Source of the DNA: Polyangiaceae bacterium
GTDB taxonomy: Bacteria > Myxococcota_A > Polyangia > Polyangiales > Polyangiaceae
DNA length: 64,000 bases
Reading direction: 5' to 3'
NCBI GenBank assembly: GCA_965222375.1
Contig: CBDCTZ010000011.1
Location: 64,001-128,000, forward strand
A program made the translations under genes and the position numbers. Positions 18,315 to 28,103 of the stretch are shown piece after piece. Numbering within the stretch: the stretch's first letter is position 1; every line of letters begins with the position of its first letter. A model generated the notes under the pieces. That model was not told where the DNA came from. It made no database searches and saw nothing but the letters and a program-made list of their open reading frames with translations.

Positions 18315-21167
18315 TCACGGCAGCTCCGTGCGCCGCGTATCCACAGCCAGGAACAGGCGCAGGCTACCTTGGTGCACGAAGCTGAAATCCTCCAGTCCGT
18401 CGCCGTTGACGTCGCCGGTTGCCGCCGACAAGTAGGCCCCAAAACCCGAGCCGATTCCGCCTACTGCTAGAGGTTCGTCCCCCCCTGGCCCAGGGTCGGG
18501 CGCGTTTCCGGGCAAGGGCTGCGGAGCTCCGAAGAAACCCGTCTCGAACACTCGTCGTAGCACGACGAGGGTTCGACCTCCCAGATCGATCTCAGCCAGC
18601 TCGACGCCCTGGCTAGTGAGCAGCAAGAGCTCTGTGGCCGGGTCTCGATCCGCTTGAATCGGTAGCAGGCCAAGCAAGGTCAGTTTTTCGGGGGTTTTCA
18701 GGACGATGGGGTCTTGGGTGTCTAGCCCGCCGTCGCGCTGTAGCAAGACCATGGCGGACAACTTGCCCTCACCATCGTCGAATCCGAGGGCAACTAGGTC
18801 TTGGCCAGGTTGTTCGTCGACATCTGCCGCAAACAACTGGCCAGTGCTCGCTTCGTCGATGTTGAAGTTGCCTCCGGCGGAGGAGGTGGCGCTCACGCCA
18901 GCGCGCACGACCTCGCAGGGAAAACGCTCGAGCACCGGCGCACTGAAAAGCAGCGGAAGCTCCACGGGTGGATCTGGACTAACCCAGCTGCCGGAGCCGT
19001 CGACCCGCCAGGTCGTTACGGCACCGGCGCCCTTCTTGTCGCTCTCTTTCTTCCGGCCGAGAAAGACGAGTTCGCTCCGGCCATCGCTACCCAGATCCAA
19101 GGGGACTCCGAGTGCGGCGCAGTAGTCGAAGTCCTTCGAAGTATCGGGACCGGGTTTGGCGGACTGCTCATTGAGCTCGGCTTCGCCGGTTGAGGGGAGG
19201 TGCCAGTTGCGCAGTACAAAGTCGGCATTGGACAGGCGGTTGACGTCGATAGCCAGCGCGCTGATGTCGTCGTGGCTATCTCCATCGAAGTCGCCGAGCC
19301 AGGTTCGGAGCGCTACATCCGGGTCTGTGCTTGCTCCGCCGTCCGTCAACTGGAATGGCGCGCTGAGCAAACGATTCGTAGAGCCCAGGAACACAGCCAC
19401 GCTTCGGCTTTCCCCGGTTTTCTCGTCGAAATAGCTGGAGAGTACGCCCAAGTCGTCCAGGTCGTCGAAGTCGTCAGAAGCTCCAATGCGACCAGAGACC
19501 ACCGACTGGACGGCCCCGAGTTGACCCACTGCGGCGGGAGGCTCCGGCGCGCCGAAGGCTCGGCCGAAGAGCACTGACACGGTGTCTCTCTGGTCAGGAT
19601 CTCCGCCGAAGCCGATCGACGGACCGAAGCTGGCGTAGGTTTGATACTTGGACTCGACGATGGCGACGTCTTGCAGCAGGTCCCCATCGAAGTCACCCAC
19701 GGTCAACCGACTCGGGAAGTTCTTGGTCGGGATCGAGAAACGATGAAAGCCGCCAGAGCCCGTATTGTTCCAAAACTCCAGGCGGCGCGAAGCGGAAGAC
19801 GCCGCGATGATGTCGAGGCCGACGGTGCCGTTGAATTGGCCAATACGGGCGTCGTTCCAGTCGTCCTCGGACTTGATGCACGAGTAGCCGGGCACGACTT
19901 GAAAGCAGTCGCTTGGTCCTGGGCCGCTGATGAGCACGGCGCCGGGTAGGACCAGGTCCAGCTTTGTGTCGGCATTCAAGAACCCGATGGCCAAAGGCAC
20001 GGCTGGCAGGCTCGTAGGAACTTGTAGGAATGTCTGGTCTGCTGGTTGCCCCGTCGTTGGCAGGTTGTCTTTGTCCGAATGGAAGCTGCCGTCGCCACGA
20101 CCAAAGGCAACATATAGGTCGAGGCCGCCCAGGGGGCCGCCGTCGTCGCTTGCCCCGGCCACCACCAGGTCCAAATGTGCATCGCCGTTCAGGTCGAGAA
20201 TGAAAGGGCTCGACTGCACTCGGCCTTTGGCGGGCATTTTCACTGGCGGGTACACTCCTGGGTCGTCGTTCCAGGCAGAGTTCTTCGTGGCAAAGCTCTT
20301 CCACTTGGCAGGCGAGAAAACGTACACGGCGGTGCCATTCGACTCTGCTAGCAGGAACTCTTCCCATGGCGAGAGAGGCTCCTGGGTAGGCGCAAGACGT
20401 GTGTCGAGCTGGCCGTGCGCGATCGAGCCCGCCAAGTTCTGCACATCGAAGGGCAGGCTGAACAGCGGGACCGAGTCTGTCGTGCTGCGCACATTCGTCC
20501 CTGCGAAACTGAGGATCTCGTCGCCGAAGTAGTCATCTCCGTCAGGTGGTCGTGCGTCCAACACAACGTAGGCAACGGTATCCAGGACGGGAATGGACGA
20601 GTAGCTCGTTGGCGCCAAGGTCCGGTCTGCGCGCCCGCGTAGTACGTTGATTGCACCGCTGCCCACGTCGACCAGGTCAAAACGGGCCGGTTGCTGCGCC
20701 AGCTGTTCTGAGTCCGTTAGTTGACCCACAGAGGGTCGAGCGAAGCCGGTCGGCACTTGCGTGGTCGTGACGACCGCCGCTCGCGCGTCCAGGTAGGAAA
20801 CTCGAATTCCCAGGGACGGATCCATGCTGACCAAGTCCCGAATGCCATCGCCGTCCATGTCGGCGAGCTGAGAGAACACGTCTTGCTCGGACTGGAGCTC
20901 ATTTGCGAGTTCAAACCGGCCTGTCGCGAAACGACACACTCCGTCGCTGCCGCACTGGAAGCTGTCCGGACACGCGAGTTCGGAACCGCACAAGAAGCGA
21001 CACGCGCTCGCGGTCTCCGGCGTGCCGCAGCCACTCCCGGGACCGTCACAATCTTCCCCGGACTCGATCACCCCGTTCCCGCAAACACCCGCATCTAGAT
21101 CTCGCAGGTCCGCGCAACCCGAAACCGCGAAGAGCGCAGCCAGCCCAATCCCGAGCCTTTTTCCCAT
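18315..21167 (-). CDS. FG-GAP/VCBS-repeat lipoprotein
   Basis: AVSGC lipobox, CGNGVIESGEDCD module, repeated DMDGDG/DLNGD/DFDGD/DVNGDG motifs. Confidence 0.88.
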   Translation of the reverse strand: MGKRLGIGLAALFAVSGCADLRDLDAGVCGNGVIESGEDCDGPGSGCGTPETASACRFLCGSELACPDSFQCGSDGVCRFATGRFELANELQSEQDVFSQLADMDGDGIRDLVSMDPSLGIRVSYLDARAAVVTTTQVPTGFARPSVGQLTDSEQLAQQPARFDLVDVGSGAINVLRGRADRTLAPTSYSSIPVLDTVAYVVLDARPPDGDDYFGDEILSFAGTNVRSTTDSVPLFSLPFDVQNLAGSIAHGQLDTRLAPTQEPLSPWEEFLLAESNGTAVYVFSPAKWKSFATKNSAWNDDPGVYPPVKMPAKGRVQSSPFILDLNGDAHLDLVVAGASDDGGPLGGLDLYVAFGRGDGSFHSDKDNLPTTGQPADQTFLQVPTSLPAVPLAIGFLNADTKLDLVLPGAVLISGPGPSDCFQVVPGYSCIKSEDDWNDARIGQFNGTVGLDIIAASSASRRLEFWNNTGSGGFHRFSIPTKNFPSRLTVGDFDGDLLQDVAIVESKYQTYASFGPSIGFGGDPDQRDTVSVLFGRAFGAPEPPAAVGQLGAVQSVVSGRIGASDDFDDLDDLGVLSSYFDEKTGESRSVAVFLGSTNRLLSAPFQLTDGGASTDPDVALRTWLGDFDGDSHDDISALAIDVNRLSNADFVLRNWHLPSTGEAELNEQSAKPGPDTSKDFDYCAALGVPLDLGSDGRSELVFLGRKKESDKKGAGAVTTWRVDGSGSWVSPDPPVELPLLFSAPVLERFPCEVVRAGVSATSSAGGNFNIDEASTGQLFAADVDEQPGQDLVALGFDDGEGKLSAMVLLQRDGGLDTQDPIVLKTPEKLTLLGLLPIQADRDPATELLLLTSQGVELAEIDLGGRTLVVLRRVFETGFFGAPQPLPGNAPDPGPGGDEPLAVGGIGSGFGAYLSAATGDVNGDGLEDFSFVHQGSLRLFLAVDTRRTELP

Positions 21168-21400
21168 GCCGCGTAGACTAGCCGCATGGCGCACACGTTG
21201 CATCAGGGGGGCTTCGCTCTGCACTTCCTGCGTTTGGCTCGAGTCACGGGAGCGCAGCAACTCCAGGGTGCTTCGGGCTGCGTTGTTTGGACCAGGCACG
21301 CTTCACCACGACGAAAAGCAGCGGCGCAGGGATTTCACCCAGCGCAGCGCACCCCTCGGGCACGACCATTGCTAGGGTGCCGGGCACACGGAGGGTGATC

Positions 21401-22228
21401 ATGAGAGGTTTCGTAATCCGCGCACTGCCCATTCCAGTGCTCATCTTGGCAGGCTGTGGCAGCCCGAGCTCCCAACCCGCGGCGGCACCGACGCCGACGG
21501 ATACACCGGAGCCGGCGGCCACGGCTGCACCTGAGGAGCCGCCCCCCACGGATGAGCCCGCGGCTGCGGCGGAAGAGGAGGAAGCACCGGACCTCAAACC
21601 CGTTGCGGAAGAACCACCTCCAGGGTCACCCCGAGAGATGCTCATGCGAGCACACTTCAAGGAGACGGAGTTGATCCGTATCGCTGTGATCAACGGCAAT
21701 CTGTCCAAGGCAGTGGGTCCCGCAAAGAAGCTCGCCGCCAGCGACGAAGGCAAGAAGCTCGTGAAAGGTCGCCCTGCGCTGGCAGCGATGAAGAAAGCCG
21801 CCTCGCGCATCGGAACGAGTGTCGACATCCCCGCGGCGGCCGCGGCGGCCGCCGACATTGGCAAGGCCTGTGGCGCGTGCCATCGCGCCGGTGCCGGACC
21901 CAAGGTCGAGGTGGGTGCCGCGCCGACCGCCGGCAAGAGTCTCAAGAGCCGCATGCGACGGCACGTGTGGGCGACGGATCGACTTTGGGAGGGCCTCTAC
22001 GGGCCGTCCGAAGCCGCGTGGAAGGCGGGCGCGGAGGCTCTCAGCGGTGAGCCCTTCCCCAAGGCCGTCTACAAGAAGGGTGGCGTGCACGCGAGGAGCG
22101 CCGCTGATCGCTTGAAGCGGCTCGTTGGCGATACGGCAGCTCAGAAGACACCCGACGCTCGCGCCAAGATGTACGCGTCACTGCTCGAGACGTGTTCGTC
22201 TTGCCACTTCGTTTCGAAGGGCAACTGA
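21401..22228 (+). CDS. di-heme c-type cytochrome lipoprotein
   Basis: LAGC lipobox, Pro/Glu-rich linker, two CxxCH motifs (CGACH, CSSCH), each at the end of a helical region. Confidence 0.85.
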   Translation: MRGFVIRALPIPVLILAGCGSPSSQPAAAPTPTDTPEPAATAAPEEPPPTDEPAAAAEEEEAPDLKPVAEEPPPGSPREMLMRAHFKETELIRIAVINGNLSKAVGPAKKLAASDEGKKLVKGRPALAAMKKAASRIGTSVDIPAAAAAAADIGKACGACHRAGAGPKVEVGAAPTAGKSLKSRMRRHVWATDRLWEGLYGPSEAAWKAGAEALSGEPFPKAVYKKGGVHARSAADRLKRLVGDTAAQKTPDARAKMYASLLETCSSCHFVSKGN

Positions 22229-22275
22229 CCAACCCAAAACACCAAACCGCAGGTGGCGGGCACATGTGCTCGCGT

Positions 22276-25158
22276 CTAGGGCGCGAGCACGTATCGGCTG
22301 GCGTTGTTACCACCACCCACGCGCAACACGCTGCCGTCCGCAAAAAGAGAGAACGGTGAGGTCAGCGAGCTCAGCTCGGCCGGGATTTCGCTGAGCTCGC
22401 CAGATGAAGTGACTGCAAAGAGCTTCGCAGTGTTGCCGGCTCCGAGGACCGCGTAGGTCTTGCCATTGCTGCTCGAAGCGAAGGCGCCCGTTGCGGCTTG
22501 CCCAGCGCCAATCGCCAAGCCGACGCTAGCGTAGTCGAGACGAGCGAAGCTGCGATCCCTTGTGTCGATGCGACTCACCCACGCTTGGGCCCCCGCGGCG
22601 ATCGGTTGGGAGAATAGGAATGGGCCGCCGCCATGGTGGACCATGGGCTGCAAGAACGTCGTGCCGCTGGCCAGCGTGGTTGTTTCGTTGAAGACCGTTC
22701 CGTCGGTGGTTCGGCAAAAGTAGTCGCCGCCCGAATTCGAGGTCGAGCAGAAGGTGCCTTCTTCATCGGCCATACCTTGGACGGCCGTGAAGCCCGCGGG
22801 CACCGGGACGACCTTGCCGCCGGTCTGCAGTACGGTGCCATCGCCCATCACGGCGCCACCCGAAGGCAGGGCCGCCGTCACCGTGCTTGCGGTCGCTTCC
22901 ATCACCAGGCTCGTCCCGTCGATTCCGGAGAACCCCTGGAAGGAGCAGAGGCCTGGGCCGGCGCAGGTGCGGACCTGCCCCCCGCAGCCTGTGGTGCAGT
23001 CGTACCAATAGCCACCGCTCGCATCCCGCACCATGTGAACGCTCGTCGCCGAAGCATAGACCGCGCGAAACGTACCCCAGGGCGCCCCGGTGACGTCCGC
23101 TTCGAAAGTTCCCAAGGCGCCGTTGCTGACGGTGACCTGAGTCGGCTCGTTCGGGATCTGGAGCAGCATCGAACCCGCGCCCGGGACCGGGCCCTGCACC
23201 ACGATCGTGGGCCCCGGCTGCCATGCGCTCGCGACCGTGGGTTGAATCACCGCGCAACGCCCCTGGTTGATGAGGAAGGCCTCAGCTTCCGTGTCATCTA
23301 GGTGCCAGCCAGCTCGACTCACTTCGGTGGCGGGCGTGGACCAACACACCCGCGCGCCGCCAGAAACCGTGGTTGCCCACACCGTAGATGCGACAGGTGG
23401 CGGCACGGCTTCGTTGGGTGGGGTCGGGATGCTGGCTTTCCAGAGGTAGATGTCGCCCACCGGGCGAAAGGTCTTTCTCGACACCCCCCAAGGGCTGTCG
23501 GCGCTAGTGACGACGGTTTCGGCTATCCACTCGCGCCCATGCGACGTCACGACGATGAAGTCATCGCCGCTCAGGCGCGCCGCCCCGACTCCCCGGTGGC
23601 CGGCTGGAAGGAGCAAGCCAGCGAGCTCCCGCTCCAAAAGCTCGCCATCCCGGATGCTCCACTGGGTCAGATGTCCACTGACCCCGACGGAGGTGAGCTC
23701 CTCACCTTCGCCGGGCACCACGCGAAAAGCTGGCCGACCGTGCATGATTCCGAAACGCACACCACGACTGCCACGAGCATCAACGCGTGCGAGGGCGTAG
23801 CGATTGAGCCCGCCTTCGGTTGGCTCCCAACGAAGCAGCGACACCGCGCCGTCATTTTCCGGAAACGCCTGCACCGCGGCATAGGGGCCTTCACCGTTCA
23901 GGCCTCCTCCGTCGTCGAAGAGCCTCAACCATGGGTCGAGGTAGCCATTGCCGCGCTCGTAGACCTCGGCTGCGCTGTTGATACGCTTGCTGCTGCCGAC
24001 AGGCCCCAGATCCCAGACACCCCATCCCGTGCTGGCGTAGCCGACGGAGAGCACATTGCCATTTCGCGCTGCTCCGTCGAACGCGCCGACCCAGTGGTTT
24101 CCCTCGTCGTTGGGATCCCTTGCGACGCCCAAGCGTCCCGGCTTGTCCGCTCCGAACTGAAGGGCGCTGCCGGACCCGACGTCGAACAACGCGTAGCCAG
24201 GGGGACATCCGTTCGTGTCCGGGATCGTGAAGCTTCCGTCGAGGCCGACCTGCGTGCAGCGAAAGGAGGGCTCGCGAACCAACGCTCCATCGTTGCGCGT
24301 GACTTCCGTGGCCAGCTCCAAGCGAAGATCGAAGGTGCCTCCCACCTGCGGTTGGGTGAGTGTGACACCGACGACCGTCGTGCGCTCCAGCACGGGCTTT
24401 CCGCCGAAGAGAGGAGACAAGGACGCGGTCTGGACTTCAGGCTTCACTTGCGCAGCCGCGTCGAGGGCTACGGTTCGATGCTCGTGCTTCGTGCCCATGA
24501 AGTCGACGAAGGCGCCAGCGGCGTCGTAGTGCAGCAGCGGGTAGGGAGCCCCACCGAGCGGGCCGCGTCCCTCCATGAATTCCATGCTTCCGCCGACGGG
24601 GTCCACCTCGGACGCAGCAAATCGCCGACTATCGTGGACGTCTCGTGGCCCTTTCCATTCGATGGTCCACACCGGCGCTGTGCCGAGATCCGTGGTCCGC
24701 TCCTCCACCCCGGTGACCTCGAACTTCAGCGGGCCCTTGGGAAAGGACGTGGCACCGTCTGCGGGAAAGTGGGGAGCGATTTGTAGCGGGACGGTCCACC
24801 TCATGCCCACGCGCACGGTGGCTGGGATGAAGAGTACCGGGGTCGGGAGTCTGCCGGCTTTGGCCCACTCAGGTGCATCCACGAGGTAGATGCCGTCGGT
24901 ATTCTGCAGAAGTTCGAAGCTGCGGTCGCTGAACTGCCCGGTGTAGTGGGTTTCATTTGCTTCGTCCTGTGCGTCCGAGATGACAATGCGACCGCTGTCG
25001 CCGAAAGCCGAGTAGCCCCGCGCCAGAGGCCATAGAGCAGCTGCGTTTGGTGGTCCGCTGCCAGGGCTGTCTATGGTTGTTGCGGCCCCCGGGGCATCAT
25101 CGTCGGAGCCGCCACAGCCCGCAGGCGGGACTGCGAGTGCGAAAGCAAGCCAGCGCAT
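22276..25158 (-). CDS. large hypothetical lipoprotein (~960 aa)
   Basis: Long ORF; MRWLAFALAVPPAGC lipobox-like start; beta-rich composition; no family recognised. Confidence 0.75.
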   Translation of the reverse strand: MRWLAFALAVPPAGCGGSDDDAPGAATTIDSPGSGPPNAAALWPLARGYSAFGDSGRIVISDAQDEANETHYTGQFSDRSFELLQNTDGIYLVDAPEWAKAGRLPTPVLFIPATVRVGMRWTVPLQIAPHFPADGATSFPKGPLKFEVTGVEERTTDLGTAPVWTIEWKGPRDVHDSRRFAASEVDPVGGSMEFMEGRGPLGGAPYPLLHYDAAGAFVDFMGTKHEHRTVALDAAAQVKPEVQTASLSPLFGGKPVLERTTVVGVTLTQPQVGGTFDLRLELATEVTRNDGALVREPSFRCTQVGLDGSFTIPDTNGCPPGYALFDVGSGSALQFGADKPGRLGVARDPNDEGNHWVGAFDGAARNGNVLSVGYASTGWGVWDLGPVGSSKRINSAAEVYERGNGYLDPWLRLFDDGGGLNGEGPYAAVQAFPENDGAVSLLRWEPTEGGLNRYALARVDARGSRGVRFGIMHGRPAFRVVPGEGEELTSVGVSGHLTQWSIRDGELLERELAGLLLPAGHRGVGAARLSGDDFIVVTSHGREWIAETVVTSADSPWGVSRKTFRPVGDIYLWKASIPTPPNEAVPPPVASTVWATTVSGGARVCWSTPATEVSRAGWHLDDTEAEAFLINQGRCAVIQPTVASAWQPGPTIVVQGPVPGAGSMLLQIPNEPTQVTVSNGALGTFEADVTGAPWGTFRAVYASATSVHMVRDASGGYWYDCTTGCGGQVRTCAGPGLCSFQGFSGIDGTSLVMEATASTVTAALPSGGAVMGDGTVLQTGGKVVPVPAGFTAVQGMADEEGTFCSTSNSGGDYFCRTTDGTVFNETTTLASGTTFLQPMVHHGGGPFLFSQPIAAGAQAWVSRIDTRDRSFARLDYASVGLAIGAGQAATGAFASSSNGKTYAVLGAGNTAKLFAVTSSGELSEIPAELSSLTSPFSLFADGSVLRVGGGNNASRYVLAP

Positions 25159-25290
25159 GACCCACAAGCTTACAATTTTTTGCAGAGCAGGGAAAAGTCG
25201 GGGCGGGATGCGGCCGGGCAAAGCGTTAGGTGCGGCTGAGGCTCTTGCCACGCTCGACCTGCCCTCGCTCTGACAGTATGGACCAATCCC

Positions 25291-25890
25291 ATGGAGCCGC
25301 ATCGATTGCAGCGACGGGATGCTCGGGAGCCATCCTTTGCGATGAGCAATGCTCAGCTGTTGCTCTATGTGCTGCTCGCGTCTCTCACCATGTTGTTCGC
25401 ATCATCGATCGTTGCGTTCGTTTACACGAGGCTCGCCAACCCTGTGTGGCGCACACCGGAGATGCCCAGGTTGCCGACAGGCTTGGCGGCGTGCACGCTG
25501 TTCTTGCTTATGGTCAGCGGCGGCATGGAATGGGCGCGATCTGCCATGAAGCGCAATCAGTTTTCAGCGGTGAAGCGGGCAATAACGCTGACCGCCGCAG
25601 CATCCCTCGCATTCTTGGTTTCCCAAGCGGCGAACTTCAACCAGATCGCAGCGGCGTCCGATGTGTCAGGACCGAGGACGCTGTACGCATTCACTTTCTA
25701 CATGCTCACGGGTCTGCACGCAGTGCACGTCGTCGGAGGTCTGATTCCGCTGTCGATCGTGATGGTGCGAACGCATCGCGGGGCGTATTCGAGCTCTCGC
25801 TACGAGGGGTTGCATCTATGCGCCCAGTACTGGCACTTCCTGGGTGTGGTGTGGGTCGTGCTGCTGGGGACGCTGCTGCTGATAACGTGA
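25291..25890 (+). CDS. heme-copper oxidase subunit III family protein
   Basis: Five TM helices; FTFYMLTGLHAVHV and YWHFLGVVW signatures. Confidence 0.9.
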   Translation: MEPHRLQRRDAREPSFAMSNAQLLLYVLLASLTMLFASSIVAFVYTRLANPVWRTPEMPRLPTGLAACTLFLLMVSGGMEWARSAMKRNQFSAVKRAITLTAAASLAFLVSQAANFNQIAAASDVSGPRTLYAFTFYMLTGLHAVHVVGGLIPLSIVMVRTHRGAYSSSRYEGLHLCAQYWHFLGVVWVVLLGTLLLIT

Positions 25891-25998
25891 GGAGCTGGTG
25901 CCCGTCGCAATTTGGTCGGAGTGCTGGGTGCGGCGAGTTGTCGCAGCATGACGGAAATCGTTGCCCCCTAACGCACTGTCGCCCCAGGCTGCCGAGCG

Positions 25999-26193
25999 AT
26001 GAATCCCGTCAAGACGATGCTCCTTGCGTCCCTCGCAGCTGCCCTGACCGTGGGCAGTGCTGCCGCGGCTCCTGCAGCTCTGTGCGGAGGCGGCAAGTGC
26101 GACTGCGCTCACTGCGCTGGCAAGAAGAAGAAGTCCAAGAAGACGCCTCCCAAGGCCGGCAAGAAGAAGCCGAAGAAGCCCAGCAGTTCCTGA
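25999..26193 (+). CDS. small secreted Cys/Lys-rich peptide
   Basis: Sec-like signal peptide, CGGGKCDCAHC core, Lys-rich tail. Confidence 0.7.
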   Translation: MNPVKTMLLASLAAALTVGSAAAAPAALCGGGKCDCAHCAGKKKKSKKTPPKAGKKKPKKPSSS

Positions 26194-26366
26194 CGCGTGC
26201 GTTCCCGTTGCCGCGTGGCCCCTGCGCGGCTGCAGCGCGCCGTCGCGAAGCACCGCAGGGCCGTGGGACGCAGAAGCGACTGCAGTCGACGCGCTTCGCG
26301 ATACCCGACGGGGTGCGGCAGTCGCGCCAAGTTACAATTCGGCTCCCCAAATCAAGGCCGCAGAAC

Positions 26367-27293
26367 CTACGTCGGCTGCCAATGCACGCGGTCGAGCTTG
26401 GGGCTCGCGACTACGACGTGGATGGCGCTGATGCGTCCGCTGCCGTCCACGACCAGCTGAAACACTGCGCGTGGAGCGAGGCTACCGGTAGCACCGGGGT
26501 ATTGGGCGATGATTGCCGGCAGGCCGTTGACCATCGCGGTGCGGAAGCTGGCACGGGTGTCATCGACGCGGGCGCTTTGGATCTTCACGTAGAACTTGGC
26601 GATCTTGGCGGCGCCCACTATCGGGCTACCCGCAGCCAGGAACTCGCCGTTGGCGTCGTTGAGAGACACGGCGTCGTCGCAAAGCAGGCCAGTCAATGCG
26701 CTCACGTCTCCGGCTGCGAGTACGGCGCCGAGTTGTTGTAAGGCTGCAGTGTTTCGCTGTAGCAGCGCGTCGTCGACGATACAGCGCTCCGAGTCGTAGG
26801 GCTCCATCGCCTTGCGCGCACGATGATGCACGACACGCACATTCGCTTCCGTGAGCCCCGTTGCGGCGGCGACTTCTCGCACGCTCAGCTCCAGTACGTC
26901 ACGCAGCACCAGGACGGCGCGCTGCTCGGCGCTGAGCACTTCCAGGGCGAGCAAGAACGCGAGGGTGGCGCTTTCGCGCTCGCCGTAGCGGGATTCTGCG
27001 GAGGGCTCCAACGCCGTCAGGTCCAAGTCCTCGATGGGCATGGGCAGCCACGGACCGCGGTAGGCTTTGGATTTGCGATGTCTCAGGGCGTCGATGCCCA
27101 GGCGTGTCGCGACCTGCACCAGCCACGGACCCAAGGGCCGAGCGGTATCTTGGGGAGGTGACTCCAGAGCGCGGCGGAACGTGTCCTGGACCAGGTCTTC
27201 GGATTCGGACCCGTCACCGGTGAGGCGATAGCACACGGCCCACAACATCCGTCGATGTTGATGGAACGCGGTCTCCAAAGCCGCTGCATCCAT
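26367..27293 (-). CDS. ECF41/SigJ-type RNA polymerase sigma factor with SnoaL-like C-terminal extension
   Basis: SEDLVQDTF (sigma2), YRGPWLPMP (WLPEP-like linker), LSAEQRAVLVLRDV (sigma4), and a C-terminal NGLP...PKL extension. Confidence 0.9.
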   Translation of the reverse strand: MDAAALETAFHQHRRMLWAVCYRLTGDGSESEDLVQDTFRRALESPPQDTARPLGPWLVQVATRLGIDALRHRKSKAYRGPWLPMPIEDLDLTALEPSAESRYGERESATLAFLLALEVLSAEQRAVLVLRDVLELSVREVAAATGLTEANVRVVHHRARKAMEPYDSERCIVDDALLQRNTAALQQLGAVLAAGDVSALTGLLCDDAVSLNDANGEFLAAGSPIVGAAKIAKFYVKIQSARVDDTRASFRTAMVNGLPAIIAQYPGATGSLAPRAVFQLVVDGSGRISAIHVVVASPKLDRVHWQPT

Positions 27294-27307
27294 ACTGGCG
27301 CTGGAGC

Positions 27308-27934
27308 CTAACAGGGCTGCCTCTGACCTGCAGCTAGATGGTCGGAGCCGATGCTCAAGGGGACGGCCATGGCATTGAAGTAGGATTCGAAGCCTCCGAG
27401 CCACACGATTTCGATCACCTCGCGCTCGTCGAAGCCGTCGCGCAGGCGATCGAATACGTCCTCGGGCACATTCCGATCCTGAGCCAGGGCCTTTGCGTAG
27501 GCGATGACCGCACGCTCCTGTTCGTCGAAAGCGCTGTGGGTCTCGAATTCGTTCAGGTGTTGAAAGCGTTCAACTCCGACCTTGGCTCTCATGGCCTCAG
27601 CCAAGGTCAGGTCCGCGCAAAACGTACAGCCGTGCTCGCTCGCGATGGCGAATTGAAGGAGGGCTCGAATGCGAGCGGGCACGCGTAGTAATCGTTCTGC
27701 TACCGTGATCAGAGCGAGAGTGGCGAGCAACAATGCGGGCGCCCGCGAGTACACGACGCGGAAGGCGGTGGGGACCTTGCCGTATCGCCGCTTGGCCTGC
27801 CAGAACACCAGGCGCAGCAGTAGGCTCTTGGGCCGATCGATGGGTGACAGACGAGGGGCCGAATGCTCCTGGGCCTCGTGAGAGCTGGCGCGCGGGCTGG
27901 TGGGCAGGTCGGCGGGTATTGCTTGGGAGGACAT
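27308..27934 (-). CDS. carboxymuconolactone decarboxylase / AhpD-like protein
   Basis: HGCTFC motif, FDEQERAVIAYA, FDEREVIEI; usual partner of ECF41 sigma factors. Confidence 0.85.
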   Translation of the reverse strand: MSSQAIPADLPTSPRASSHEAQEHSAPRLSPIDRPKSLLLRLVFWQAKRRYGKVPTAFRVVYSRAPALLLATLALITVAERLLRVPARIRALLQFAIASEHGCTFCADLTLAEAMRAKVGVERFQHLNEFETHSAFDEQERAVIAYAKALAQDRNVPEDVFDRLRDGFDEREVIEIVWLGGFESYFNAMAVPLSIGSDHLAAGQRQPC

Positions 27935-27945
27935 TTCGTCGTCCA

Positions 27946-27972
27946 CACGAGCGTGGCTGGCCCGACGTTACA
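27946..27972 (-). promoter_or_regulatory. putative ECF sigma promoter TGTAAC-N16-TCGTG
   Basis: Minus strand -35 TGTAAC (27972-27967), 16-nt spacer, -10 TCGTG (27950-27946), 11 nt before the CMD ATG; resembles the ECF41 TGTCACA...CGTC consensus. Confidence 0.55.
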
Positions 27973-28103
27973 GAACAGGTCACACTTTTCGCCGTCGGTG
28001 GCCGGATTGAGGTGAAAATCCAAGGATCTTGGGGCGTTCGGCGGCGGACCTCGGAAATCGAATCTCGAGCTGAACCGTCACGTCGGGTTGCGGCCATGAC
28101 ACG

